From positions 148,366,001-148,430,000 of the forward strand of contig NC_091987.1 of assembly GCF_044704955.1 (NCBI RefSeq): a stretch of 64,000 nt of DNA, given 5' to 3'. The translations under genes were made by a program, and so were the position numbers. The stretch comes from Pristiophorus japonicus (lineage: Eukaryota). This document shows positions 36,660 through 50,364 of the stretch, piece after piece. The number at the start of each line of letters is the position of its first letter. The stretch's first letter is position 1. The notes below the pieces were generated by a model. That model worked only from the letters and a program-made list of their open reading frames with translations, was not told the origin of the DNA and did not search any database.

Positions 36660-38140
36660 GTGCCTCATTTCCGTGGGAATGTTTGCAGACTGAAGTCTAG
36701 GTTCACTCCTTTGGGGAAGGCCCAGGTAAGCCTTGAGTGATGTAAGTGGGTCATTGGCCCAGTGTTAATCATCTCACACCTTACTTCCTGTCATTGGCAG
36801 GCGGGGAGAAGCAACCACTTAATCTCCGTACGTCAGAAGGCATTTATAAGACTGTTAAAAGAAACACTCGAGAAGCTGGTACAGTAATGGAAGGTTCAGA
36901 TCAAATGAGTTCTAAGGAATAGCCATTGGAATTCAGGGTAGAAGGCAGAATGAGGGAAGGAATTGGATTAAAAACTTGGAAACAAAGGGAATTTATGAGA
37001 GGTGTAGAGGTGGAGGGGTCAATTTTGGGAGACAACAGTCCCTGGTGAGGCCTCGTATATACCAGTGCAACATTGCGGGGAGGTTAGGAGGCAGTGTGGG
37101 TGGAGAGATAAGTGGGGTTGGTAAGTGTGCAGGTTCTCCGGGTCAATGGGTGGGCGACAGATGGGGCAGAATGCAACTCTGCACAGGCAGGCGGGCAAGC
37201 TGACAAGCACTTGGAATGGGTGAGAAATGAGACCGGAAACATTTCTTAACACAAACAGAGGAAATATGGAATTCTCTCACCCAAAAATTTGTTGAAGCTG
37301 GGGGGTCAATTGAAAATAAAACAAGGACAGTGAAATGGAACCAAACAGCCAGCAATGCCTCCCTGCTGCCTTGTTTCCATGGGAACACTAGCAGGCTGAG
37401 GTCCAGGCACAGGTCCGCACCTTTGGGTAAGGCCCAGGTAATCCTGGAATGATGTAAATGGGTCACTGTACCAGTTTTCATCGTCTCCACTCTTACTTCC
37501 CATCATTGGCAGCCGGTGAGAATCAGCCCCTTAATCTCCATGCGTCAGAAGGCAACTATAAGACATTGTTGAAAGAAACGAGGTGGTGTACAGGGCAGCG
37601 GGTACAGTAATGGAAGGCCCATATAAAATGAGCCCTAATTAAAAGAATATCCATTGCAATTCAGGGTAGAAGGTGGAACGAAAGAAGGAATTGGATTAAA
37701 AACTAGGAACCGGAGGATGAATTTTGGGAGACACCAGGCCCTGTTGAGGCTTCACACATACCAGTGGAACAAAGCTCTGGGGTCGGCCATGTACGGAAGT
37801 GGGAGGCAGTGTGGGTCGAGAGATCAGTGGGGTGGGTAAGTGCACGGCTTCTGCGGGTCGATGGGTGGGCGATAGGTGGGGCAGAATGCAACTCTGCGCA
37901 GGCAGGCGGGCAAGTTGGCCAGCATTTGGGATGGGTGAGCAATGGGTTAGGAAGAGCTTCTTCACACAAAGGGTAGTGAAATCTGGAACTATCTCGCCCA
38001 AAATCTGTTGAGGCTGGGGGTCAATGGAAAATTTCAAGACTGAGATTCATAGATTTGGTCAGGCAAGGATAATAAGGCTCACGGAACCAAAGAGGGTTGA
38101 TCAAGTTGAGAAACAGGTCAGCCATGATCTAATCGAATGT
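36660..38140 (+). repeat. old diverged ~710-bp tandem duplication, each unit ending in a CR1 3' remnant
   Basis: cctttggg.aaggcccaggtaa at ~36709 and ~37420; gtcagaaggca and ggggcagaatgcaactctgc recur in both units. Confidence 0.8.
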
Positions 38141-38669
38141 TGGAACAGGCTCAAGGGGCTGACTGGCCTACTCCTGTTACTATATTTGTTCCTACTACAC
38201 AATTTAAAAATAGGTGACTAAATGATCAGGGATCAGCCATTCTCATTTCATAACTGTGCTATTATTGGATCCACTGGGGTCCGTGATTGGTTCTGAGCCC
38301 ATCCAATTGCATGGTCCTAAAGCCGCCACTGCCTAAATTTCCTGCATTAAACACTGTGGGTACATTTTCCGTTCTGGATGGCCAGCGCAGTGGAGGTCAC
38401 GAGGCAAACCGGAACTGGGAGATGGACAGTCCAACGGATTCTGGCATGGGATGAGTTTCATTTCAATTTCCTGGCACACGACCTTTTTCCCTCAGCTGTC
38501 TCTTTCATATCTGCTCTAAGTCTCTCTCTTCATTACTCAAAGCTCATCCCGCTGGCCTTGTCCTTGCTCCCCACCCCACCACGTAACCTTTCACTTCTGA
38601 GATTTTTCAACACTTTGTCGAGTTTTCACCACCCACTCACAACTCCTTCCCCACTCACACACCTTCCTG

Positions 38670-38900
38670 AAACAACACAACCCCTACCCCACTCAACACA
38701 ACCCCTTCCCACTCAACACAACCCCTTCCCCATTCACCACAACCCCTTCCTCACACAACACAACCCATTCCTCACTCAACACAACCCCTGCCTGACACAA
38801 CACAACCCCTTCCCACTCAACACAACCCCTTCCCCATTCACCACAACCCCTTCCTCACACAACACAACCCCTTCCTCACACAACACAACCCCTTCCCTCC
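38670..38900. repeat. ~22-bp CA-rich minisatellite (ACACAACCCCTTCC core)
   Basis: direct reading. Confidence 0.85.
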
Positions 38901-39926
38901 CACTCACTAGAAACCATGGTCCCCACTCACCATTAATCTCTTCCCTACTCACCACCACATCCTCTGATCATATCAGTTTCCCGCTGGAAGTGAGATTAAA
39001 ATTACCCCCTCTTCCCGTGTAAGTTCACCTGCCATTAAGGAGGTGCATCCCTTTACATTTATGCTGCAGCCAATTTTCTCGCATTGCGCATTATACCAGG
39101 TACTGTCACAAATCTAAAATGATGTCAGGATCTTATGGTAGTGATTGAAATGAGCTGACCATGCTGACTGTGGGCAATCTGCTTAATGCCCCTTGAGCCA
39201 GCTTTGTGCTAACATCTCACCATTCCCTCCTCCACTCCATCACTTTCACAAAGTGGGCCACTCTCGAGTCCAGGATATGGGGAATGAATCAACATTTAGA
39301 TAGAATGACATAGAATTTACAGCACAGAAACAGGCCATTCAGCCCATCATTTCTATGCCGGTGTTTATGCTCCATGTGATGAGTCAATGGAGAGTGAGAA
39401 CGGGCCGGGTGTGAAACCAGCGTTGCCCCAGATCCCGTCAGTTTCCCGACGGGCGGCTTAAATTAAAATTGCCCCAATGTATCTCAGGTCTGTGCTTAAC
39501 CCCAGCTAGCCTCAAACAGCTTGCCGTCCTTATATGGTACCTCAACCCAGGCCCTGCATCACCCCCACATTGTTACTCAGGAGGTTATGTCACATGACAT
39601 CACAGTGAAAACCATGGCAACACAGAGGGAAGTGGGTTTCACCAGTAGCTGACGTGCAGATGCTGAAAAGTTCTCGACAAGTCAGGGGCAAGTTTGTTTA
39701 AACCTTACCAAAGTCTTCAGAATCTGTGTAGATCAAATCATTTGTTAACGCAACTCAGTTTTTAAACACATCAGGAACTGTGGTGCTCAGAATCATTTAT
39801 TTCCAGAATTCAATTTGTAAATTGATCCGAATCTATTGTGATCAAAAATTGTTTGTTTTCAGAATTAATTCTGAATTCAGAATTAAATTCTTAAATTTAT
39901 CAAATAATAAGCAAAGAGATAATTCT

Positions 39927-42410
39927 TCACAATATCAGGGAAATGTCATCGAGGGGACAAAGAGTGACTTCAGACTGTGAGCACAATCTGAAACAGGTGG
40001 AGAAGGATCGGTGAGACTGTCGAGTTGAGTTGGATTGTCCAGGCTGTATCCTTAAACAGCAGAGTTTCTGAATACATGTCCTCCTCTGGGCCGGCTCCTG
40101 TGGAATCTGACAAAGGATGACTCTTAAGAAGTCCGCATCCCCTCGGAGACAAGGCCCCATGTGTAGGAAGGAGCTGCAGCACATTATATATAAGTTGACC
40201 CTCCTGGGGAAATCTTTGATGGGCTGTAAGGAAAGAACTTTCAAAAATTCCTCATACTTCAGGCTGCCTTCCCGTGAATGCTCCTGGATTATTGCACAAA
40301 CACTCTGTGATCCGATATATGGGGCGACCAAGCACAATGTTAAAAGACAGGCCCTTTGTATCTTCTCACTCTTTTCGTTCAGGTGTAGCAACAAACTGAC
40401 CAGGTTCAGGTGGATCTGTTCCATAAAGGAAGCCCTTGAATGTCCGTGTCCACATTTGGCCAAAGTGCCAAACACGGTAAATGCGGCAGCTCGAACCTGA
40501 GTGGATTTGAACTCAAAGAAAGATCGAATTCCTTTTGCTAATCCAATACAGAATGGTCCGATGGCATTGACACTGAGCTGGTCCAAGATCTTTGAGAGAG
40601 TTGATGTTACTTCAGTCATGAATTCCTCTTCATGGTAATCCTTGCCCTGCAGCATGTTACTCATTGCAGCCGACAGGTCTCTCCATCAGTCCAGGTACTC
40701 CAATTGGAATATTCCCCAGCCCCATAATACAGAGCAACCTGACAGCCAGAATCGAATCCAGAAGACCATTGAGCAAGCTATCCACCAGGGTGTTAGTGAG
40801 TCACATGTGGGAGATGGACGTACATTTTAAAAGTTCAGCAAAGAAGGCAGCCACAGTGGCTTTCTGGCCCACCTGTGTAGTTGTCAGGACGGGTGCTAGA
40901 TCCACCACAATCCCAACCAGCTGGTGCTCATTGAACAAGCTCATCGCTCTAGCGAGCAGAGCAATCCCCTTGTGGTGGGTGTGTGGGTCCAACATTAAAT
41001 CCCAGCCTCCCTTCTCCTGGACAAAATCTACCACCACTTCATTGTGCACTCGATTCAGCACGGCCCTGAGAGTCTCTACTGAGGACAGGCAAAGCTCTCG
41101 GCTTCTGCACACTGCTGTTGTTGATCGGTTTTCTGACTGCTCCAATTCACAGCAAGGAATAAAGTCAGAAGGCACATTCACATAGATGGAGGAACCGAGA
41201 TGTGTTAACAGAGAAGCGAATAAGTCAGAATACAAGGTGTTTACAGCCTCTGCAGACTCCGGCTCTGAGACCATCTCGTACATAGCGCAAATAACAGCCA
41301 GAGGATCAGGGCTCTCGGTTTCTGTCACTGAATGGCTCCTTTCACTAAATGCCACCGATCTGTTCAGGTATTGCATCAGTTGTTTCAATGAAGTGGCAGC
41401 CAATTGGGTCTTCTTTGCTACTGACCTCCAGATGGCGCTGGTGCACTCGCCCACAGGGAACCTGAGGAGACAACGCACAACGGCTGGCAGGTGCTGGGAA
41501 GTGAGCAGAGTGAAGGTTTGTAGAACTGTCAGTGTCACTTCCTGCTGTGTGATTGCTGCCATTTGAAGGTGTAGTGCCTCGAGGATCTCTGAGAGCTGAT
41601 CCTCCAGCTCAGGCCCACATCGCTTTACCACAGCTTTCAGTGTAACAGCAGCTGCATTGGAAGAGCTGGTTTGGTGGTCAATCAGCCCTTTGAAGAGCAT
41701 AAAGAGCAGGTTGGCCAGCTGGTCCCGGGGCAAGTGCTGGGAAATGAGTTGTGAGAGCTCGGAGCATCCTTTAAAGAGGACTGTGGTGTCTGTGCTCGCC
41801 AATTGTTGGCCAATTCTTCTCAGAATCCCTTCCTGCTCATATTGCTCATCTGGATTCACACCTTCAGAACATGCCTGGATCTTTAGTAGGATGTACAAAC
41901 TGTCCATGGCCCTCTGCCGTATGGTAAGCAACGGATCAACACATCGTGGCAGCAGCTGACCAACTACAACCCCCAAGTCAATCGGTGCCATTATATTTTC
42001 AGCATCAAGCTCCTGCCAGTAGAATGTCAGCAGCTTAGAGTCATGTCTACTGCTCGCTCTCTTTCATAATCCCTCGCTGATATTATCCACGTCTCCACAT
42101 ATTTGTATATGGTCTGGAGACCCTCAGGGGACAGGTTCTGAAGCAAAAGTTGTTTCAGGAGACTATAGAGCAGCCACACTATCCATGTATACAGTGTCTC
42201 CTCCTCCTGGGTTAACAGGTATCCTGTCTTGGTCATGGTCCATAGGAACTAAACTGAAAATACTCCTCAAACAGCTTTTAATTAATGGGCATTGATCAGC
42301 TTCATTTAGCCGTGGGTTCAGTTGGACAAGGTACAGGCAGGCATTCATTGCCAACGGCCGAATCGGAGTCTGCAGCAGCTCTGTTGGCCCTCGATAAGTT
42401 GTTGCATTTA
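39927..42410 (-). pseudogene. Maestro HEAT-like repeat protein (MROH1-like) C-terminal half, intronless, with stops/frameshifts: probable processed pseudogene
   Basis: LQTPIRPLAMNACLYLV, LLPRCVDP..IRQRAMD, TVAAFFAELL, VRAAAFTVFGTLAK and LVSLLLHL resemble MROH1; contiguous over ~2.5 kb; in-frame TGA at 40801-40803 and several frame breaks. Confidence 0.82.
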
Positions 42411-42418
42411 CTATAGTA

Positions 42419-42460
42419 AACATAGAAACATAGAAAATAGGTGCAGGAGTAGGCCATTCT
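42419..42460 (-). mobile_element. CR1 3' terminal stub (~40 bp)
   Basis: catagaaacatagaaaataggtgcaggagtaggccattc. Confidence 0.8.
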
Positions 42461-43104
42461 CCCTCTGGGACTGGGTGACACAGTGTGTTGATGCATTGTC
42501 CATTCCCGCTCTGTGACCGGGTGTCCACAGTACATTTGATACACTGTCCTTTCCCCCTGTGGGACTGGGTGTCACCATGGATTCGATGCACTGTCCTTTC
42601 CTCCTCAGGGGCCGGGTGTCACAGTGTGTTATATGCTCCATCCTTTCCCCTCTAGGACGGGTGTTGCAGTGCGTTAGATACACTGTCCTTTCCCCCTCTG
42701 TGACTGGGTGTCACAGTGCGTTGGATACACTTTCCTTTGCCCCGCTAGAACCAGCTGTCACAGTGACTTAGATTCACTGTCCTTTTGGCCTCTAGGACCG
42801 GGTGTCACAGAGTGTTAGATGCACTGTCCTTTCCCCCTCTAGTACCAGGTGTCACAGTGCCTTTGATATACTGTCCTTTCCCTCTGTGTGACCAGGTGTC
42901 ACAGTGCATTAGATACACTGTCCTTTCCCACTGTGGGACCGGGTGTCACAGTGTGTTTGATATAATGTCCTTTCTGCCTCTGGGACTGCCTTCACAGTGT
43001 TTAAGATATACTGTCCTTTCCCCCGCTGGGACTGGGTGACACACTGCGTTAGATACACTCTCATTTCCCCCCGCTGGGACCGGGTGCCACAGTGAATTAG
43101 ATAC

Positions 43105-46100
43105 TATTGTGTTCCTAACACAGATGAGGCTGCACACAGAGACGTTAAAGTAACAGTGACCTCAGTCTTTAATAAGACACTCCAGAGTGAGGAACAGACC
43201 TTAGGGACCGGCTTATATACAGTGCTCCCAAGGGATGCTGGGATCCCTTGGGACTTCAGGGAATGAGCTCCCTGGTGGCGGAACATGGGAGTGCATGCTT
43301 TACAGATACACAACATCACTCCTCCCCCCCAAAGTCAAAATGAAAACTATTTACAAGGTGAGGCAGTCGGGAGCCTTTCTTTTCCTGGTGGACCGCCTCG
43401 GTAGAAATGTCTGTTCTGGTGTGTTGGCTGTGCCCTCGCTGGGCTGGCGTGTTGTTGGCCCTGCAGGGCTGCTAGGTGAGCCTGGCCTTGCTGGGCTATT
43501 GGGCGTGATGGGTTTGATTTCCTGGTCCGGCATGGTGTTGTTGATCCTTTGGGTGTGTGTTGTGGACTTGGAAAAGGTGGTGTCTGCTGTGGGTTGTTCA
43601 GGGCAGTCTATGAACCGCAGCCTCGTTTGGTCCAGGTGCTTTCTGCAAATTTGTCCATTGTCTAGTTTGACTGCAAACACCCTATTCCCTTCTTTAGCTA
43701 TCACCGTGCCCGCGATCCACTTGGGACCATGTCCATAGTTTAGCACATACACAGAGTCATTCAGATCAATTTCCCGTGACACAGTGGCACGACCATCGTT
43801 TACATTTTTTTGCTGCCGCCTGCTCTCTACCTGATCATGCAGGTTGGGGTGAACCAGTGAGAGTCTGGTTTTAAGTGTCCTTTTCATGAGTAGCTCAGCC
43901 GGGGGCACCACTGTGAGCGAGTGGGGTCTCGTGCGGTAGCTGAGCAGTACTCGGGACAGGCGGGTTTGGAGTGAGCCTTCTGTGACTCGTTTAAGGCTCT
44001 ATTTGATGGTTTGTACTGCCCGCTCTGCCTGCCCATTGGAGGCTGGTTTAAACGGGGCCGAGGTGACATGTTTGATCCCATTGCGGGTCATGAATTCTTT
44101 AAATTTGGCACTGGTGAAACATGGCCTGTTGTCACTGACCAGTATGTCAGGCAGGCTGTGGGTGGCAAACATGGCCCTCAGGCTTTCAATGGTGGCGGTG
44201 GTGGTACTTCCCGACATTATTTCACATTTAATCGATTTTGAAAAAGTATCCACCACCACCAGGAATATTTTACCGAGAAACGGGCCCGCATAGTCGACAT
44301 GGATCCTTGACCATGGTCTGGAGGGCCAGGACCTCAACTGAGCACATACACTGCATTGCCGTACACAGGACGCTAAGTCAGAGTCGATACCGGGCCACCA
44401 CATGTGGGATCTGGCTATCGCTTTCATCATCACTATACCCGGGTGTGTGCTGTGGAGATTCAAGATGAACGTCTCCCTGCCCTTTTTTGATCGCACTACG
44501 CGGTTACCCCACAACAGACAGTCCGCCTGAATGGACAGCTCGTCCTTTTGCCGCTGGAATGGCTTGATTGGCTCTTGCATTTCAACGGGGATGCTGGCCC
44601 AGCTCCCATGCAGTACACAGTTTTTTACTAGGGACAGCAGAGGATCTTGGCTGGTCTAAGTCCTAATCTGGCGGGCCGTGACAGGTGATTTATCATTTTC
44701 AAACGCTTCCATGACCATCAACAAGTCTGCGGGCCGCGCCACCATCAACAAGTTTGCAGGCTGCACCATTTCCACCCACGTGGTCAGCAATGGTAGCCGA
44801 CTGAGAGCATCTGCACAGTTCTCGGTGCCTGGCCTGTGGCGGATGGTATAGTTATACGCTGATAGCGCGAGTGCCCACCTCTGTATGCGGACTGAGGCAT
44901 TAGTATTTATCGCCTTGTTTTCAGCGAACAGGGATGTGAGGGGCTTGTGATCGGTTTCCAGCTCAAATTTGAGGCCAAACAGGTACTGATGCATTTTCTT
45001 TACCCCGAACACACACGCTAATGCCTCTTTCTCAATCATGCTGTAGGCCCTCTCGACCTTAGACAAGCTCCTGGAAGCATAGGCGACAGATTGCAACTTC
45101 CCCGCAATGTTAGCTTGTTGTAATACACACCCGACTCCGTACATAGAAACATAGAAACATAGAAAATAGGTGCAGGAGTAGGCCATTCGGCCCTTCGAGC
45201 CTTCACCACCATTCAATATGATCGTGGCTGATCATTCACCTCAGTACCCCTTTCCCGCTTTCTCTCCATACCCCTTGATCCCTTTAGCCGTAAGGGCCAC
45301 ATCTAACTCCCTCTTAAATATATCCAATGAACTGGCAGGGAATTCCACAGGTAAACAATTCTCTGAGTGAAGAAGTTTCTCCTCATCTCAGTCCTAAGAC
45401 TGTGTCCCCTGGTTCTGGACTTCCCCAACATTGGGAACATTCTTCCCGCATCTAACCTGTCCCGTCCCGTCAGAATCTTGTACGTTTCTATGCGATCCCC
45501 TCTCATCCTTCTAAACTCCAGTGTATAAAGGCCCAGTTGATCCAGTCTCTCCTCATATGTCAATTCAGCCATCCCTGGAATCAGTCTGGTGAACCTTCGC
45601 TGCACTCCCTCAATACGTCACATGCTAGCACAAGTCTTTTACACGGGTTATACAATACAAGCAGCTTGTTGGAGCATAAAATGTTTCTAGCTTTCTCAAA
45701 AGCAATTACTTGTTTTTTTCCCCCCAGTTCTCAGCCTTGCGCAATAACACATGTAGGGGCTCTAAAAGGGTGCTTAACCCCGGTAGGAAGTTACCAAAAT
45801 AGTTGAGGAACGACCACAGCTCCGTGATGTTCTGTGGCCTGGGCGCGTTCCTGATAGCCTCTGTCTTGGCGTCTGTGGGCCGAATGCCGTCTGCCGCGAT
45901 CTTTCTCCCCAAAAACTCCACTTCTGTTGCGATGAAGATGTATTTTGACCTCTTCAGCCGCAGCCCTACGCGATCCAGTCACTGGAGGACCTCCTCCAGG
46001 TTTTGTAGGTGCTCGGCGGTGTCCCGACCCGTGAGCAATATGTCGTACTGAAAGACCACCGTCTGTTTCTCTGGAAGATCGCTGCAGCCAACCGAATTCC

Positions 46101-48090
46101 AAACGGGCATCTGTTGTAGATGAACAGTCCCTTGTGCGTGTTGATGCAGGTGAGGCACTTCGAAGACTCCTCCAGCTCCTGCGTCATGTAGGCCGAAGTC
46201 AGTCAAGTTTGGTGAGGGTCTTGCCTCCTGCCAGCGTCACAAATAGGTCGTCTGCCTTAGGTAGCGGGTATGGTCCTGTAGCGAGAAACGATTAATAGTT
46301 ACTTTATAATTGCCACAAATCCTGACCGTGCCATCATTTTTGAGTGCTGGAACAATCGGGCTGGCCCACTCGCTGAATTCCACTGGGGAGATGATGCCCT
46401 CGCATTGCAGCCTGCCCAGCTCGATTTCCACTCTCTCCCTCATCATGTGAGGTACCGCTCGCGCCTAGTGGTGAATGGGTCATGCCTCTGGGACCAAGTG
46501 GATCCGCACCTTCGCCCCGGAAAAGTTTCCAATGCCTGGCTCAAAAAGGGAAGGAAATTTGTTAAGAACCTGGGTACATGAGGCCTCATCGACATGTGAT
46601 AGCGCTCGGATCCAGTTCCAGCGGATTTTGCCCAGCCAGCTCCTTCCAAGCAGTGTGGGGCCATTGCCCGGGCCAATCCAGAGTGGCAGTTCGTGCATTG
46701 TGCCCTCATAGGTGACCTTGACCATGGCGCTGCCCAGGACAGTGATAAGCTCTTTGGTGTACATTCTCAGTTTCATGTGGATGGGGCTCAGAGCTGGTCT
46801 GAATGCCTTGTTGCACCACAGTCTCTCAAACATCTTTTTACTCATGATGGATTGGCTAGCACCAGTGTCCAGTTCCATGGCTACTGGTAAGCCATTCAAT
46901 TTTATGTTTAGCATTATAGGTGGACATTTCGTCGAAAATGTGTGCACCCCTTGTACTTCAGCATCTGCCTCCTCTCTGAGGCTCGAAATTGCTTTGATCC
47001 ACCATGGACCGATCTTCCTCTGCCACGTGGTGGTTAGCAGGTTTTGCAGAGCTTGCAGCTCATTTGCAAGCTCATTGGAGGTGCCCCATTGTTCCACAGC
47101 TTTTGCAAACATACCCTTTGAAGCGGCATGAATAGACTGAATGGAAGCCTCCACAACGCCAACAAGGTGTGAATGGCCTTGCATTCATCCTTTGTTGGGG
47201 ACTCTGAGTCATCTGGGTCACCTGAGGCCTGCTGGCAGTTGCAGAGTCGTGGGTTCTGCCCTGTACATTTCTGCTCGCAAACACAGTTCCAGTTAATTTA
47301 TGAACATTGCTAGCACTTGTGTGCTGAGAGATTTGTTTGGTGTTATCACTGATGGACATAAACGCCTGTGCTATCGCAATGGCCTTACTGAGGGTCGGTG
47401 TCTCTACAGTCAAAAGTTTTCGTAGGATGGTCTCGTGGCCAATGCCCAGTACAAAAAAGTCTCTGAGCATTTGCTCCAGGTAGCCATCAAACTCACATTG
47501 TCCTGCAAGTCGCCTTAGCTCGGCGACGTAGCTCGTCACTTCCTGACCTTCAGATCGCTGGCACGTGTAGAACCGATACCTCGCCATCAGCACGCTCTCC
47601 CTCGGGTTAAGATGCTCCCGAACCAGTGTACACAACTTATCTGTGGGTTTCACTGGAGCCAGAAGATTTTTCATGAGGCTGTAGGTCGGTGTCCCGCAGA
47701 CTGTGAGGAGGACCGCTCTCCTTTTTGCAGTGCTTCATTCTCCGTCCAGCTCGTTGGCTACAAAGTACTGTGGTCTAGCCGTTCGACATAGGCTTCCCAG
47801 TCCTCACCCTCCGAGAACTTCTCCAGGATGCGTACAGTTTGCTGCATCTTTGCGTTGAATTCGTATTCTCGTCGCCAGTTATTGTGTTCCTAACACAGAT
47901 GAGGCTGCACACAGGGAGGTTAAAGTAACAGTGACCTCAGTCTTTAATAAGACACTCTTGAGTGAGGAACAGGCCTTAGGGACAGGCTTATATACAGTGC
48001 TCACAAGGGATGCTGGGATCCCTTGAGACTTCAGGGGATGAGCTCCCTGGTGGCGGAACATGGGAGTGCATGCTTTAAAGATACACAACA
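43105..48090 (-). mobile_element. full-length degraded Gypsy element, 211-bp LTRs (43105-43315, 47880-48090), TSD GATAC
   Basis: GATAC at 43100-43104 and 48091-48095; PBS TGGCGACGAG; gag CCHC, LDTGAS, RT, RNase H and integrase fragments; about 10 LTR differences by eye. Confidence 0.93.
45141..45613 (-). mobile_element. 5'-truncated CR1 inserted in Gypsy pol
   Basis: Tail catagaaa x3; ORF 45303-45605 QRRFTRLIPG. Confidence 0.9.
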
Positions 48091-50364
48091 GATACACTGT
48101 TCTTTCCCCCTCTGGGTCCGAGTATCACAGGTTTTTAAATACACTGTCCTTTCGCCCTCTGGAACGGGTGTCACAATGCGTTAGATGCACTGTCCGTTCT
48201 CCCTCATGGACCGGTTGTCACAATGCGTTAGATACACTGTCCTTTCCCCATCTGGGACCGGGTGTCACAGTACATTAGATACACTGTCCTTTTCCCCTGT
48301 GGGACTGGGTGTCACAGTGCGTTAGACACACTGTCCTTTCCTTCCCTGGGACTGGGTGTCACAGTGCGTTTGATACACTATCCTTTCACCCTCTGGCACC
48401 GGGTGTCACAGTGCGTTAGATACACTGTCCTTTTCCCCCTGTGTGACCAGGTGACACAGTGCGTCAGATACACTGTCCTTTCCCACTCTGGGACCGGGTG
48501 TCGGGTGTCACAGTGTGTTCAATACAATGTCCTTTCCGCCTCTGGGACTGGGTGACACAATGCGTTCGATATACTGTCCTTTTCACCCTCTGGGACAGGG
48601 TGACACAATGCATTAGATATACTGTCCTTACCCCTCAGTGACGGTGTGTCACAGTGTGTTAGATACACTGTCCTTTCTCCCTCTGGGACCGGATGTCGCA
48701 GTGAGTTAGATACACTGTACTTTCCCCCGCTGGGATCAGGTGTCACATTGCGTTAGATACACTGTCCTTTCCCCCTCTGGGACCGGGTGTCACAGTGCAT
48801 TAGATAAACAGTCCTTTCCCCTCTAGGACTGCTTGTCACAGAGGGTTAGATACACAGTCTTTTCCCTCCCTGGGACCAGGTGTCCCAGTGCCTTAGATGC
48901 ATTGTATTTTCCCCCTCTGAGAATGGATCACACAATATAAGATACACTGACCTTTCCCACTCTGGGACTGGGTGTCACAGTGTGTTCGATACACTGTCCT
49001 TTCACCTTCTGGGGCCGGGTGACACGGTGTGTTAGATACACTGTCAATTCACCCTGTGGGACCGGGTGTCACAATGCGTTTGATACACTGTCCTTTCCCC
49101 TCTGGGATGGGTGTCACAGTGTGTTAGATACACTGTCCATTTCCGCTCTGTGACTGGGTGTCACATTGTGTTAGATACACTGTCCTTTCCCCCTCTAGGA
49201 CTGCTTGTCACAGTGCCTTAGATGCACTGTATTTTCCCTCTCTGAAAATGGATCACACAATATTAGATACACTGTCCTTTCCCCATCTGGGACCGGGTGT
49301 CACAGTGCGTTAGATACACTGTCCTTTCCCCATCTGGGACCGGGTGTCATAGTGCCTTTGATATACTGTCCTTTCCCTCTGTGTGACCGGGTGACACAGT
49401 GCGTTAGATAGATTGTCCTTTCCCACTCTGGGACCGGGTGTCACAGTGTGTTTGATACAATGTGCTTTCCGCCTCCAGGACTGCCTGGCACAGTGTTTAA
49501 GATACACTGTCCTTTCCCCCTCTGAGAACTGGTGTCCCAGTGCCTTAGATACACTGTATTTTCCCCCTCTGGGACCGGGTGTCACAGTACTTTGTGTGGT
49601 GTATGTAGGCACCTTTAGTAATGATTCCAAGAGGCAGGGTATGATTTTAAACTGTGTAGACTGTAGTACTTTTTTTTTGCAACTCCTTGAATGAGGACAC
49701 CAAGCTGTGAACTCCCTTTACCCTAAGTTCTCCAGCAGCAGCACCCTCTGCTGTACAGGTAAGGTGTGTACAGGGTAAGGGTACATACAGTGTTACATAT
49801 CAGTGTTACAGACAGCACACAACAAACAAGCATGCATATATAACACTTTGCTCTCTGGGACCAAATGTCAAGTGCATTAGATACACTGTCCTTTCACCCT
49901 CTGGGACCGGGTGTCGCAGTGTGATAGATACACTGTCCTTTCACCCTCTGGGACCGGGTGTCACAGTGCATTAGATACACTGTCCATTCCCCCCTGTGTG
50001 ACTGGGTGTCACAGTGCATTAGATACACTGTCCTTTCCCCCCTGTGTGACCGGGTGACGCAGTGCGTTAGGCAGACTGTCCTTTCCCCCTCTGGGACCGG
50101 GTGTCACAGTGCATTAGATACACTGTCCTTTCCTCCTCTGGGACCGGCTGTCACAGTGCGTTTGATACACTGTCCTTTCACTCTCTCGGACCGGGTGTCA
50201 CAGTGCGTTTGATACACTGTCCTTTCACTCTCTGGGACTGGGTGTCACAGTGCGTTAGATACACTGTCCTTTCCCCCTCTGGGACTGGTTGTTACAGGTT
50301 TTTAGATACACTGTCCTTTCCCCCTCTGGGACCGGGTGTCACACTGTGTTTGATACACTGTCCT

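Noticed and set aside
36705-36732. FGEG + donor resembling an antigen-receptor J segment
   Set aside because: Lacks the FGxGTxLxV continuation and an upstream RSS; the second copy has a stop
40664-41959. Plus-strand ORFs over the MROH-like region, and antisense ORFs over the CR1/Gypsy elements
   Set aside because: Shadow frames of the real coding strand
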